A stretch of 64,000 nt of DNA, taken from NCBI GenBank assembly GCA_965223545.1, contig OZ245006.1:4800001-4864000 (forward strand), given 5' to 3'. The position numbers and the translations under genes were made by a program. Shown piece after piece: positions 39,126-48,637 of this stretch; positions within the stretch are counted from its first letter, which is position 1, and each line of letters starts with the position of its first letter. Below the pieces are notes generated by a model. That model worked only from the letters and a program-made list of their open reading frames with translations. It was not told the origin of the DNA and did not search any database. This stretch comes from Planctomycetota bacterium (lineage in GTDB: Bacteria; Planctomycetota; UBA1135; UBA2386).

Positions 39126-40748
39126 ATGAGACACGCGTTCGCCACCGTGGCCCTGGCCCTCGCCCCGCCGGTCGCCCTCGCCGCACAGCCCAACACCATC
39201 GCCGGCCTCGACCTCGAGGTGACCTCGGTCGCCGAGCTGACCATGGCCGGACGCATGGGGGCGTTCCCCACCGGCCGCAACGGGTTGGCGATGGACGTCA
39301 CGGTCTGCAACACCGGCAGCGTGCCGGTCACCTGGCTCGAGCCGATGGACCCGCGCCACCCGTACTTCGGGTTTCTCGTCTGCCGCGAGAGCGACGGTCG
39401 CTTCGAGCAGATCTCCGACCGCAGCTTCGTCAAGCACGGCATTGGGGCGGCCAACGTCAGCGCGCCGGGGTGCGGCCCCTGTACGACGACGGGCACGGCG
39501 ACGCTCGGCCTCAACTGCTCGGACACCTATCGGGTGCGCGCGAACAGCGACCGGTTCCAGCTCGGCCCCGCCGATGAGATCGACCCGTGGCTGGTGGCCT
39601 GGCAGTCGGTCGGCTCCCACTTCGACCGCGGCGAGCCCGACGTCGGACCGCCGATGAACATGGACGGAATGCGCAGTCTGTCGCGCGAGCAGGTCAACGC
39701 GATGAACCCGGTCACGCACCGGGTCGAGGTGGACGATGCGGAGCTGCTGGTCGCCGGTGCCTCGTACTTCTATGCGGCGGAAGTGCTCGTCGCCGGCGAA
39801 GCGGAGGCGCTGCGGGCCGACAACCTCGGATCGCGGCGAGTCCTGCCGAGCTTCAACGGCGTCGCCTGGGACTTCATCGAGGTCGGCGGGCTGATGCAGG
39901 GCTCGGTGCTTCACCAGTGGAGCGGGGCCAGTGTCGTGGGCGCGGCCAACGGTGCGGACGACGGTCGCGTGTATGTCGGCGTGCGCGCGATCGGGCCCGA
40001 TGCCCGCGGCCTCTGGCGCTACGAGGTCGCGGTCCACAACCGCGACAATGCGCGCGGGATCGCGAGCTTCCGCATGCCGATCTGCCCCGCGGCCCGCGTC
40101 TTCAATCCGCGGTTCCGCGACCTCGACGCGGATCCGAGCAACGATTGGGTGGTCTCCGTCTCCGGCGGAGAGATCGCGTTCTTGGCGGCCGCCAACAACG
40201 CGATCGAGTGGAACACGATCTACAACTTCGGTTTCGAGTCCGACGCCGGCCCCGGCCCGGGCTCGATCACTCTCGACCAGGCCCGGCCCGGCCCCGGAGC
40301 CGGCGCCCTGGTGATGACGCACTCGGTGCCGACCCACCTGCGCGTCGCCGACCTCGGCGGTGCGTGTGGAACCGCGCCGAGTCTGTGGCCGGCGGGCAGC
40401 CCGGCGATGCCGCTGATCCCCAATGCCACCTTCGGCATCCAGATCGACGGCGGCCAGCCCGGTGCGGGCGCAGCCCTGTTCCTGTCGGCCTCGGCCGGCA
40501 ATCTCGCGCTGTCGGGCTGCGTGCTGCGGACGGGCATGCCGGTGGCCGCCGTCCTCGGCCCGGTCGTGCTCGACCCCGCCGGCAGTGCGCTGTTCGCTCT
40601 GCCGATCCCAGCGCTCGGCGCGCTCGAGGGCGCGGACGTCTTCGTGCAGGCCCCCGTCACCGCAGCCGGTGGCCCCGCCCTCGGCGCGTTCGAGCTGAGC
40701 AACGGCCTGCAAGTGCGCATCGGCAACTTCCGCACCGGCTGCCCCTAA
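39126..40748 (+). CDS. Secreted hypothetical protein with shared C-terminal module
   Basis: Signal peptide; Cys-containing N-terminal domain; C-terminus LPIP..GALEG..FVQ..LSNGL. Confidence 0.8.
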   Translation: MRHAFATVALALAPPVALAAQPNTIAGLDLEVTSVAELTMAGRMGAFPTGRNGLAMDVTVCNTGSVPVTWLEPMDPRHPYFGFLVCRESDGRFEQISDRSFVKHGIGAANVSAPGCGPCTTTGTATLGLNCSDTYRVRANSDRFQLGPADEIDPWLVAWQSVGSHFDRGEPDVGPPMNMDGMRSLSREQVNAMNPVTHRVEVDDAELLVAGASYFYAAEVLVAGEAEALRADNLGSRRVLPSFNGVAWDFIEVGGLMQGSVLHQWSGASVVGAANGADDGRVYVGVRAIGPDARGLWRYEVAVHNRDNARGIASFRMPICPAARVFNPRFRDLDADPSNDWVVSVSGGEIAFLAAANNAIEWNTIYNFGFESDAGPGPGSITLDQARPGPGAGALVMTHSVPTHLRVADLGGACGTAPSLWPAGSPAMPLIPNATFGIQIDGGQPGAGAALFLSASAGNLALSGCVLRTGMPVAAVLGPVVLDPAGSALFALPIPALGALEGADVFVQAPVTAAGGPALGAFELSNGLQVRIGNFRTGCP

Positions 40749-40808
40749 CGAGCGCACGGAGAGTTTCTGGCACGACGAACGGAGTCCGGCTCGATTCTCT
40801 CGGCGCAC

Positions 40809-40836
40809 GTACGGAGCCAGGCTCCGATTCATCACC
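40809..40836 (+). other. Empty IS110 target site GTACGGAGCC-AG-GCTCCGATTCATCACC
   Basis: Matches the reconstructed pre-insertion site of copy 3 (28/28) and of copies 1/2 (27/28); core AG at 40819-40820. Confidence 0.85.
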
Positions 40837-40875
40837 CGGCGCCGCCGGGTGATGAATCGGAGCCTGACCTGAAAC

Positions 40876-42258
40876 TCACCCAGCCTCGGCGATCGGTATG
40901 AGCTTGTACCCGAGGGATTTAGCGTTCTGTCGGAGTCCGACGATGCGTCGCTGGGTGAAGCGCTCCTCGTAGGCCTTGGCGCCTTCGTCTACGTAGTCCT
41001 GGCCGAACTTCAGCATGCGGTAGATGAGCAGGGCCAGTTTGCGGGCGATGGCAAAGATGGCGACGTTGCCGTCCTTCGCGCGGGCGATCTTGCGGAAGTG
41101 TGCGCCGAGAGCTGTCTGAGTACGTTGGAGGGACAGGGCGGCCATCCGGAGGACCGTGGCGATCCTGCTGACCGCGATGTTGTTGCGGTGCTTCTTGATG
41201 CGCTTTCCACCCGAGACGGCTTGACGTGGGCACAGGCGTAGCCAGGAGACGAAGTGCTTCTCGGTCGGGAAAGCTTCGAGGTCGTAGCCGACCTCGGTGA
41301 GCACGATCATGGCCGTGCTCGGGCTGATACCGTCGATTCGCGTGAGATCACACCCGACGAGCCGGCAGAGGGCATCGCGAAGCTCCCGGCCGCCCTTCGT
41401 TCGGATGCTCCTCTCCTTGCGGGGGTCTGGATGCTCGGGGACGTCGGCCGTCTTGGCTTCCTCCGGTTGCAGGTCCTCGATCATCGCCATCAATCGCTTC
41501 TCGACCGACTCGATCTCGTGGTCGGTGTGCTCGAGCATCCGCAAGCCCGAAGCGAGAGTGAAGATGTGCTCCTCGATCCAGGTCCCTTGCAAGTGATCCG
41601 CGAGCTCCTTCTCGGAGATCTTGCAGCGCGGATCACGCAGTCTGGCGAGCGCTCGAGGGTCGCGTTCACCAGCGAGAATCGCGCGGATGATCGCGAGGCC
41701 GGTCTTGCCGGTGATGTCCGTTACCGCGCGATGGATCGCCACGTTCATCTGATCCAGTGACCGCTGCATCAACTGCGTGTGGCGCGTGCGCTGCGCGATC
41801 AAAGACGCGGCATGGCGTTGCAGGGTCCGCAACGCACAGATGTCCTTCGGAGGCCGGAACGAAGCGCGAATGAGGCCATAGGTGTGTAGCTTCTGCAGCC
41901 AACTGCAATCGCTGGCATCGGACTTGGAGCGGCCCGGCACGTTCTTCACCTCGCGGGCATTCGCGAGGATGACCTCGAAGCCTCTCGACTCGAGTAGCTC
42001 GTAGACGGGAATCCAGTAGACATAGGTGCTCTCCATCGCGACGGATCGCACTCCGAGCTCCTCCAGCCAGTCCGCGAGCGCCTCTAGCTGGGGCGTCGTC
42101 GTTCCGAATCGCTTGATCGGACGACTGCCGTCGGGTGCTGCTGCGCACACCCAGTGCTCGCGGCTGCCGATGTCGATTCCGGCGGCGTTGGGCTTCACGA
42201 CTGGCAATACTTCCGCTGCGGGCTTCTTGCCCTTCCTCGTTCTGCTCTTCCCAGCCAT
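40876..42258 (-). CDS. IS110-family transposase/recombinase
   Basis: Translation identical to the other two copies. Confidence 0.96.
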   Translation of the reverse strand: MAGKSRTRKGKKPAAEVLPVVKPNAAGIDIGSREHWVCAAAPDGSRPIKRFGTTTPQLEALADWLEELGVRSVAMESTYVYWIPVYELLESRGFEVILANAREVKNVPGRSKSDASDCSWLQKLHTYGLIRASFRPPKDICALRTLQRHAASLIAQRTRHTQLMQRSLDQMNVAIHRAVTDITGKTGLAIIRAILAGERDPRALARLRDPRCKISEKELADHLQGTWIEEHIFTLASGLRMLEHTDHEIESVEKRLMAMIEDLQPEEAKTADVPEHPDPRKERSIRTKGGRELRDALCRLVGCDLTRIDGISPSTAMIVLTEVGYDLEAFPTEKHFVSWLRLCPRQAVSGGKRIKKHRNNIAVSRIATVLRMAALSLQRTQTALGAHFRKIARAKDGNVAIFAIARKLALLIYRMLKFGQDYVDEGAKAYEERFTQRRIVGLRQNAKSLGYKLIPIAEAG

Positions 42259-42274
42259 ACTTCATCCTCATTGT

Positions 42275-42439
42275 TGTGGTGGGCCCGGCCCGAGGCGGCG
42301 ATCAAACGAATCTGACCTGCGGGAGTGGGCACGGCGACGTGCCCCTCACCAGTGAAGGATGGCCAACTCGGACCCAGACTGGCTCTGGGGCAAACGTGCT
42401 CCAGTGGCTATTGGGGGCGTAGCTGCCGGGCCCCTCACA
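42275..42439 (-). ncRNA. Candidate IS110 bridge RNA (copy 3)
   Basis: Reverse complement of 26300-26464. Confidence 0.7.
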
Positions 42440-42574
42440 CGTTCCCCTCCCCCTTCCTCAGCGGCTAGTTTCCTGCCCTGAAGGGCCGACAAATCTGCCG
42501 GGGCAGGACTGGCTCCGTACGTGCGCCGAGAAAACGAACCGGACTCCGTTCGTCACGCGCCAGGAACTCTCCGT

Positions 42575-43525
42575 TCACGGCCGTGTCCGTTCGAATCGGC
42601 AGTGCTCGTCGTACTCGTCGCCAGCGAGGCAGCGCACCAACGCGCTGGCCACGCGGGTGCACATGCGCGCGTAGGTCGCCTCGGTGAGGGCGGCGACGTG
42701 GGGGGTGACGATTGCGCGTGGGTGCGTGATCAGGGGATCGTCGGGCGAGGGTGGATCGGGTTCCGCGCAGTCGGCGGCATAAGCGCCGACGCGTCCGCTG
42801 TCGAGCGCGGCGCGCAGCGCGTCGCCGTCGATCAGTCCGGCGCGGGCGGTGTTGACGATGATGCTGCCGCGGCGCAGGCGGCCGATCCGCGCCGCGTCCA
42901 AGAACGCGCGGGTGTCGTCGTTGAGGGCGAGGTGCAGAGAGACGACGTCCGCTGCGCGCAGCAGGGCGTCGAGGGATGCGGAGTCGGTGTCCGCGCCCGC
43001 ACCGCGGTTCCAGTGGAGCACACGCATGCCGAGCGCGGTCGCCAGCGCGCCGACGCGGGTGCCGATGGCGCCCCGGCCGATCACGCCGAGGGTGGCGCCG
43101 GCGCACTCGGTGCCGGCGTAGCGCGCGCGGCGTTGCCAGTCGTTCGCCCGCACCGCGTTGGCGGCGTCGAGCAGCTGCCGCTTGGCCGCCAGGATCAGCA
43201 TGAGCGTGTGCTCGGCGACCGTCGTCGTCAGGCTGCCCGGTGCGTGCAGTACGGTGACGCCGCGTTCGGCCGCCGCGTCGACGTCGACGTTGTCGAGGCC
43301 GACGCCGCAGCGCGCCACCACCCTCAATCGTGGTGCGCGGCCGATCAGCGCCGCGTCGATCCGGCCGCGGCCGCGGGTCACGATGGCGTGCGCCGCCGCG
43401 ACTTCCGCGTCGGGCGGTGCCTCGGGCTCGGGCGCGATGCTGACCGTCGCTGCCTCTTCGATCAGGGCAAGTGCGTCGTCGTGGATCGACTCCAACAACA
43501 GGACGCGCGGCCGGCCGTCGATCAC
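42575..43525 (-). CDS. D-isomer-specific 2-hydroxyacid dehydrogenase (SerA-like)
   Basis: RCGVGLDNVD, VAEH, GVIGRGAIG, VNTARAG, EPDP, TPHVA. Confidence 0.9.
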   Translation of the reverse strand: MIDGRPRVLLLESIHDDALALIEEAATVSIAPEPEAPPDAEVAAAHAIVTRGRGRIDAALIGRAPRLRVVARCGVGLDNVDVDAAAERGVTVLHAPGSLTTTVAEHTLMLILAAKRQLLDAANAVRANDWQRRARYAGTECAGATLGVIGRGAIGTRVGALATALGMRVLHWNRGAGADTDSASLDALLRAADVVSLHLALNDDTRAFLDAARIGRLRRGSIIVNTARAGLIDGDALRAALDSGRVGAYAADCAEPDPPSPDDPLITHPRAIVTPHVAALTEATYARMCTRVASALVRCLAGDEYDEHCRFERTRP

Positions 43526-44016
43526 GAATCGTGAAAGAGCGTGGCCGCGTCGCTCTTGAAGCCGCGGTCGTCGTCCCGGCCGGAGCGGTAGAGGCCGGGG
43601 TCGTCTTCCGTCAGCGCATCGGCGAACACGGCGGGATCGACCTCGTAGTCGGCCGCGCAACACACTTCGATCAAGTTGTCGGAGGGATCGCGCACGAACA
43701 TCTGCATGCCCCCGTCGGGCAGGCGCCGGACCTTGCCCCACGGCCGCGTGTCGATCGCACGCCGCGCCTTCATCCGGAAGAAGCAGTCGTTGAAGTCGTC
43801 GATCTCGATGCACACGTGCCCGCGGAACGACGGCCGGTCGCGCCATTCGGTCAGGTGCAGCTGTTGGTGGTCGTTGATCCGGTAGAACTGAGCGGGGTAG
43901 TCGAACTTGAACGCCGGCAGCGCCTCCAGGCCGAACTCGTCCTCGTAGAAGCGGCACGCGGCGGCGAGATCGTCGACCACGAGGGCGACGTGATTGATGC
44001 GGACCATCTTGGGCAT
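43522..44016 (-). CDS. VOC/glyoxalase family protein
   Basis: INHVALVVDDL..FY, QLHL, HVCIE, RDPSDNLIEV. Confidence 0.88.
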   Translation of the reverse strand: MPKMVRINHVALVVDDLAAACRFYEDEFGLEALPAFKFDYPAQFYRINDHQQLHLTEWRDRPSFRGHVCIEIDDFNDCFFRMKARRAIDTRPWGKVRRLPDGGMQMFVRDPSDNLIEVCCAADYEVDPAVFADALTEDDPGLYRSGRDDDRGFKSDAATLFHDS

Positions 44017-44119
44017 GGGCTGGGCTCCGATCGTAGCCGGTTTGCGGACTCCGCACGCCGGATTGCGAGTCATCGGCAGGCGCTTCCAACGTCGGGTATC
44101 GTGGGCGGAGGTCCCTGCC

Positions 44120-46654
44120 ATGGCCTTTAGGTGGACGATCATGCGATGCCGCGCCCGAATCAGGCCTGCCTTGCCGGCGATCGCGCTGATCGCGTCGGCG
44201 TCGTCGTCCGCGATCACCGTGGATTGCGCGGCCCAACGGCTCCGCGCCGGTGGCGTGCGCGCGGACGCCCGCCGGATCTTGCCGGCCGGTTTCGTCGCCA
44301 ACGCCGGTCAGTGGCGCGCCGACGTCGCCTATGCGGCGCGGGGCGATCGAATGGTGGTCGGCGTCGGCCGCGACGCGCTGGTCTTGCGGTTTCCGAGTGA
44401 CCACCGCAGCGGCGCGCGCCTCACCTTTCGCGGCGCCGCCGCGGGGTGCCGGCTCGAGGGCGTGGGCCCGCGGCCGGAGAAGCTATCGTTCGTGCTCGGT
44501 GACGATGCGACGCGTTGGCGGCACGATGTGCCTTCGTTCGACGCCGTGTGCTACCGCGGCCTCTACGATGGAGTCGATGCCATCCTGCGCAAGGCCTCCG
44601 ATGGTCGCGTGCACTACGACTTCGTGCTGCGGCCGGGCGTCGACGCGCAGGACATCATCATCGACGGTGACGCTGCGGGCGCGTTCTCCATCGACGCGAA
44701 CGGAGACTTGCTGCTCGCCCTGCCGAGCGGCGTGCTCCGGCAGTCGGCTCCGGTAGCGTGGGAGGAGCGCGACGGCACTCAGCGACCGGTCTCGTGTCGG
44801 TTCCGCCTGCTCGGCGACCGCTCGTTCGGGTTCGCAACCGGCGTGCGCGGAGCGGGAACGCTGATCATCGACCCCGGCCTGTCCTGGTCCACGTACTACG
44901 GCGGCGAACAAGACGACTACGCGACCGACGTCGCGCTGGATGCGGTGGGCGACGCGATCGTCGTCGGTGGCACTTGGTCTCTGGGTTTGTTCACGAGGCC
45001 GGGCGCGTTCGATCGCACCCACAACGGAAGCGAAGACGCCTTCGTCGCACACGTGTCACAAAGTGGGCAGCTCCGGTATGCCACGTTTCTCGGTGGCAGC
45101 GCGGATGAGCGCCCATTCGGCGTCGCCGTCGATGCATCGGGAGCTGCCGTCTTGACGGGCCGGACGCGCAGCACGGACTTCCCGACCACGGCCGGCGCCT
45201 TCGACCGCACCGCGAACGCGGGCGACGACGTGTTCGTGGCGCGCCTCGCGCTGTCGAGTCAAGGGCTGCTGCAGTCGACGTACATCGGCGGCAGCTTCAA
45301 CGAGCAGGGCAACGGGCTGGCGATCGCCGCCGATGGCAGCGTCATCGTGGTCGGCACGAGCACCTCTCCCGATTACCCGACGACGCCGTCGAGCCTTCAG
45401 CCGGCCCCCAGCAGTCGGCGAGATGGTTTCGTGACCAAGCTCGCGCCGACCGGGAGCGCGCTGACATACTCGACGTTCCTCGGCGGGAGTCGCGACGAGA
45501 CTTGCTCGGCGGTGGTGGTGGACCGCTTCGGGCTCGCGACCGTGGCCGGCCAGACCTTGTCCGCCGACTACCCGACCACGCCCGCAGCCCACAGTAGGAC
45601 TCTGTCCGGCGGTGCCGATGGCTTTGTCAGCCGTCTGGATTCGAGCGGGTCCGCTCTGCTCTTCTCCACCTACTTCGGTGGCAACGATGCCGAATGGCTG
45701 GAAGCGCTCGCGATCGGTCCGTCCGGCGCGCTGACGGTGGCGGGTTTCACCAGGTCCTCGTCGGGCCTCGCTACGCCCGGCGCGTTCGACACCGCGGCAA
45801 ACGGGTCGACCGACGCGTTCGTCGCGCAGTTGAACGCGGTCGGCAGCGCCGTGAACTTCGCGACCTATCTCGGCGGAGGCGGGCCGGACTTCGTCTGGGG
45901 GCTCGCCGTGACGTCGCGCGACGAGGCCGTCGTCGTCGGGCACTCGGCCTCGACCAACTTTCCGACGACGTTCGGGTCGTTCCAGCCGGCGCTCTCGAGC
46001 TTCGCGCTCCCGCTGCGGGGAGACGGCTTCGTGAGCAAGCTCGCCAGGAGCGGGGATCGTTTGCTCTACTCGACGTTCTTGGGTGCACCCGACGGCACCG
46101 ATAGTCTGCAGGGCGTCGTTCTGGATGCTCTGGATGGTGCCGTCGTCGTCGGCAACTCGGATGGCGCCGCCTTTCCGGTGACCGCCGGCGGGTTTCAGCA
46201 GGTCCACCGCGGCGAGTTCGACGCGACGATCGCCGCGTTGGACCTGCTGCCGTCGGGGGCGACGGCGAGTGGTTGGTCGAGCCCGGGTTGTACCGGTCCA
46301 CTGCCGATTGGCGTCGACGCAGCGCCGCTCGTCGGCTCCACGTTCGCGGTGACATGCGGCAACGCACCACCGTCCGGGCTGGGCATCGCGCACTTCGGTG
46401 CGCTCGGCTTGGCAACTCCGCTGCTGGCCGGGGGGATCGCCATCTGGGTCGACCCGGCGAGTGCGTGGATGCTGGCGATCCCCGTGCGGAGCGACCCGAT
46501 CGGCGGCGCGGAAGTCGCCGTGCGGGTTCCCAACCGCGCCGGCCTGGTCGGGGTGGGCTTCGCGGCTCAGTTCGCGTGGTGGGTGTCGGGTGGGCCGCCT
46601 TGTCCTCCCCTCGGTCTCGCCGCCTCGAATGGAATGCGCGTGATCCTGCAGTGA
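44120..46654 (+). CDS. Secreted SBBP-repeat beta-propeller protein with shared C-terminal module
   Basis: GGAGG RBS; FVANAGQW, IIDP.LSWSTYYGG, repeated ST[FY]LGG and FPTT.GAFD. Confidence 0.88.
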   Translation: MAFRWTIMRCRARIRPALPAIALIASASSSAITVDCAAQRLRAGGVRADARRILPAGFVANAGQWRADVAYAARGDRMVVGVGRDALVLRFPSDHRSGARLTFRGAAAGCRLEGVGPRPEKLSFVLGDDATRWRHDVPSFDAVCYRGLYDGVDAILRKASDGRVHYDFVLRPGVDAQDIIIDGDAAGAFSIDANGDLLLALPSGVLRQSAPVAWEERDGTQRPVSCRFRLLGDRSFGFATGVRGAGTLIIDPGLSWSTYYGGEQDDYATDVALDAVGDAIVVGGTWSLGLFTRPGAFDRTHNGSEDAFVAHVSQSGQLRYATFLGGSADERPFGVAVDASGAAVLTGRTRSTDFPTTAGAFDRTANAGDDVFVARLALSSQGLLQSTYIGGSFNEQGNGLAIAADGSVIVVGTSTSPDYPTTPSSLQPAPSSRRDGFVTKLAPTGSALTYSTFLGGSRDETCSAVVVDRFGLATVAGQTLSADYPTTPAAHSRTLSGGADGFVSRLDSSGSALLFSTYFGGNDAEWLEALAIGPSGALTVAGFTRSSSGLATPGAFDTAANGSTDAFVAQLNAVGSAVNFATYLGGGGPDFVWGLAVTSRDEAVVVGHSASTNFPTTFGSFQPALSSFALPLRGDGFVSKLARSGDRLLYSTFLGAPDGTDSLQGVVLDALDGAVVVGNSDGAAFPVTAGGFQQVHRGEFDATIAALDLLPSGATASGWSSPGCTGPLPIGVDAAPLVGSTFAVTCGNAPPSGLGIAHFGALGLATPLLAGGIAIWVDPASAWMLAIPVRSDPIGGAEVAVRVPNRAGLVGVGFAAQFAWWVSGGPPCPPLGLAASNGMRVILQ

Positions 46655-46786
46655 CGTCGAAGGCGCGCGCAGCCCTGGGGACCGTTGCGTCCTTGCCGAC
46701 TGCGGAACCCACGCAAAGGTGCGTCGTAGCGCCATGACTCTCGTGCCCCGGACGCGGTCTGCCCCCCATCCCAAAGAGGCCCTCCA

Positions 46787-48538
46787 ATGCTACGCACCGC
46801 CCTCGTCTTGCTGGTCGGCAGCTGTGCCGTCGCGCAGTCGCCATCGTTGTTGCTCAACGTCAACCCGACGACCAACCCGCAGTTCGGCTTTCACTCATCG
46901 TTCCCGCAAGACGGCGTCGACCTGTACGGCACCGCCTTGTTCACCGCGGTCGACGGGACGTCGGGGCGCGAGCCCTGGCGCACCGATGGTACCGCCGCGG
47001 GGACCTTCTTGCTGCGCGACATTCGCGTCGGACAGCCGCCGTTCACCAACAACTACAGCTCCGACCCGACCGGTTTTGCGGTGTTCGAGGATCGAGCGTA
47101 CTTCTTCGCCACGGACGGTGGGGGCCGCGGTCTGTGGACCACCGATGGCACGACCGCCGGCACGACGTTGGTCGCGCCCGGGATCTCGGGGGCCCAGCTC
47201 ACGCCGTTCGGCGACCGCATGCTGTTCGCGGGAGACGACGGCAACACCGGGGTCGAGCTGTGGCGCACCGACGGCACCGCCGCGAACACCGCCTTGGTGG
47301 TCGATTTGTGGCCGGGGCGCTGCGCCAAGTTCCAGGAGCCGCACAACGGGAGTCCATCGTTTCTGACCCCGCTGTCGGGATCGGTCTTCTTCGTCGCCAA
47401 CGACGGGCAGCGCGGTCTCGAGCTGTGGCGCACGGATGGCACCGCCGCCGGGACCGTCGTCCTCGACCTGGTGCCCGGCAGCACCGGCTCGGCGCCGCGC
47501 GATTTGGTCGTCTTCGAGGGGGCGCTCTGGTTCGCGGCGCGGCACCCGATTCTGGGCGAGGAGCTGTGGCGCAGCGATGGCACCGCGGCGGGGACGGCGG
47601 TGTTCGCCGACTTGGTCGCTGGCGGCAGCTCGCTGCCCCGGCAGCTGACGGTCGCGGGCGGACAGTTGTTCTTTGTCGCTTCGACGCCGGCAAACGGCAC
47701 CGAGTTGTGGGTGACCGACGGCTCCGCCGGTGGGACACGGCTCGTGCGCGACGTGATGCCGGGGGTCTTCAGCGGCAACCCGGACTCGCTCGCGGCCGGC
47801 GCGGGCAAGTTGCTGTTCCGCGTCAACGATCCGGCGATCGGGCGCGAGCCCTGGGCGTCGGACGGCACCGCCGCCGGCACCGTGCCGCTGGGCGACCTGG
47901 CGCCGGGAACTGCCGATTCGACCAACGCGTCGCGACCGATGCGGTTCGTTGCGACGGGTTCCCGCCGCGCGTGGTTTCGGGCCTGGCAGCAGCCGTACCA
48001 ACCGACGCTGTGGGTGACCGATGGCACTCCGGCGGGCACCCGCGTCGTGACCTCTCTGAGCTCGGGCAACCCCAACAACTCACCCGAGCTCCTCATGTTG
48101 GCCGACGGCAAGCTCTTGTTTGCCGCCGCCGACGCGCAGAACGGCGTCGAGCCGTGGCTGCTCGATCCCGGTGCGACCGCCCACCCGGTCGGGCACGGCT
48201 GCGGTCTGCCCGCGGCGGCGCTGTTGGGCGCGGACCCGGTGCTGGGCGCGGTGATGCCGCTGCGCGGCACCGCGGCGCCGAACCGCGCGCTCGCCGTCGT
48301 GCTCGGTGACGTGCCTGCGCCGGTGCGTGTGCTGCGCCCCGGCTGCGCCTGGGCGCTGCGCTTGCCGGGAGCCGTCGCGCTGACCGCGGCGCCGGTGATT
48401 GCCGGCACTTGGTCGGCGTCGCTCCCGTTGCCCCAGCTGCCCGCGCTGTCGGGCCTGCGCGTCGACCTGCAAGCGGTGGTCGCCGGGGGAGTCGGGTTCG
48501 ACGTCAGCAATCCCCTGGCCTTGCAACTCGGTCGCTGA
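46787..48538 (+). CDS. ELWxxDGT-repeat secreted protein with shared C-terminal module
   Basis: Repeated G.E[LP]W.[TS]DGT.AGT motifs; signal peptide. Confidence 0.92.
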   Translation: MLRTALVLLVGSCAVAQSPSLLLNVNPTTNPQFGFHSSFPQDGVDLYGTALFTAVDGTSGREPWRTDGTAAGTFLLRDIRVGQPPFTNNYSSDPTGFAVFEDRAYFFATDGGGRGLWTTDGTTAGTTLVAPGISGAQLTPFGDRMLFAGDDGNTGVELWRTDGTAANTALVVDLWPGRCAKFQEPHNGSPSFLTPLSGSVFFVANDGQRGLELWRTDGTAAGTVVLDLVPGSTGSAPRDLVVFEGALWFAARHPILGEELWRSDGTAAGTAVFADLVAGGSSLPRQLTVAGGQLFFVASTPANGTELWVTDGSAGGTRLVRDVMPGVFSGNPDSLAAGAGKLLFRVNDPAIGREPWASDGTAAGTVPLGDLAPGTADSTNASRPMRFVATGSRRAWFRAWQQPYQPTLWVTDGTPAGTRVVTSLSSGNPNNSPELLMLADGKLLFAAADAQNGVEPWLLDPGATAHPVGHGCGLPAAALLGADPVLGAVMPLRGTAAPNRALAVVLGDVPAPVRVLRPGCAWALRLPGAVALTAAPVIAGTWSASLPLPQLPALSGLRVDLQAVVAGGVGFDVSNPLALQLGR

Positions 48539-48637
48539 CCGAGCGCCACCGGCAGAAACCGCGCGGATCGTGGCGGACGCGCGACCACGGCGGCGTTGTC
48601 CGGTCGAGCCTCTGACTCTCTGGAGCTTCGACCCCCA

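Larger units (their letters stand above)
40864..42508 (-). mobile_element. IS110-family element, copy 3 (1645 bp)
   Basis: Reverse complement of copy 1; CT cores at 40864-65 and 42509-10. Confidence 0.93.
40756..42574. repeat. Long intergenic palindrome (~85-bp arms, REP-like) interrupted by IS110 copy 3
   Basis: With the IS removed, 40798-40840 is a perfect 43-bp inverted repeat of the sequence after loop GCC; the outer ~40 bp pair imperfectly with 42532-42574; lies between convergent genes. Confidence 0.85.
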
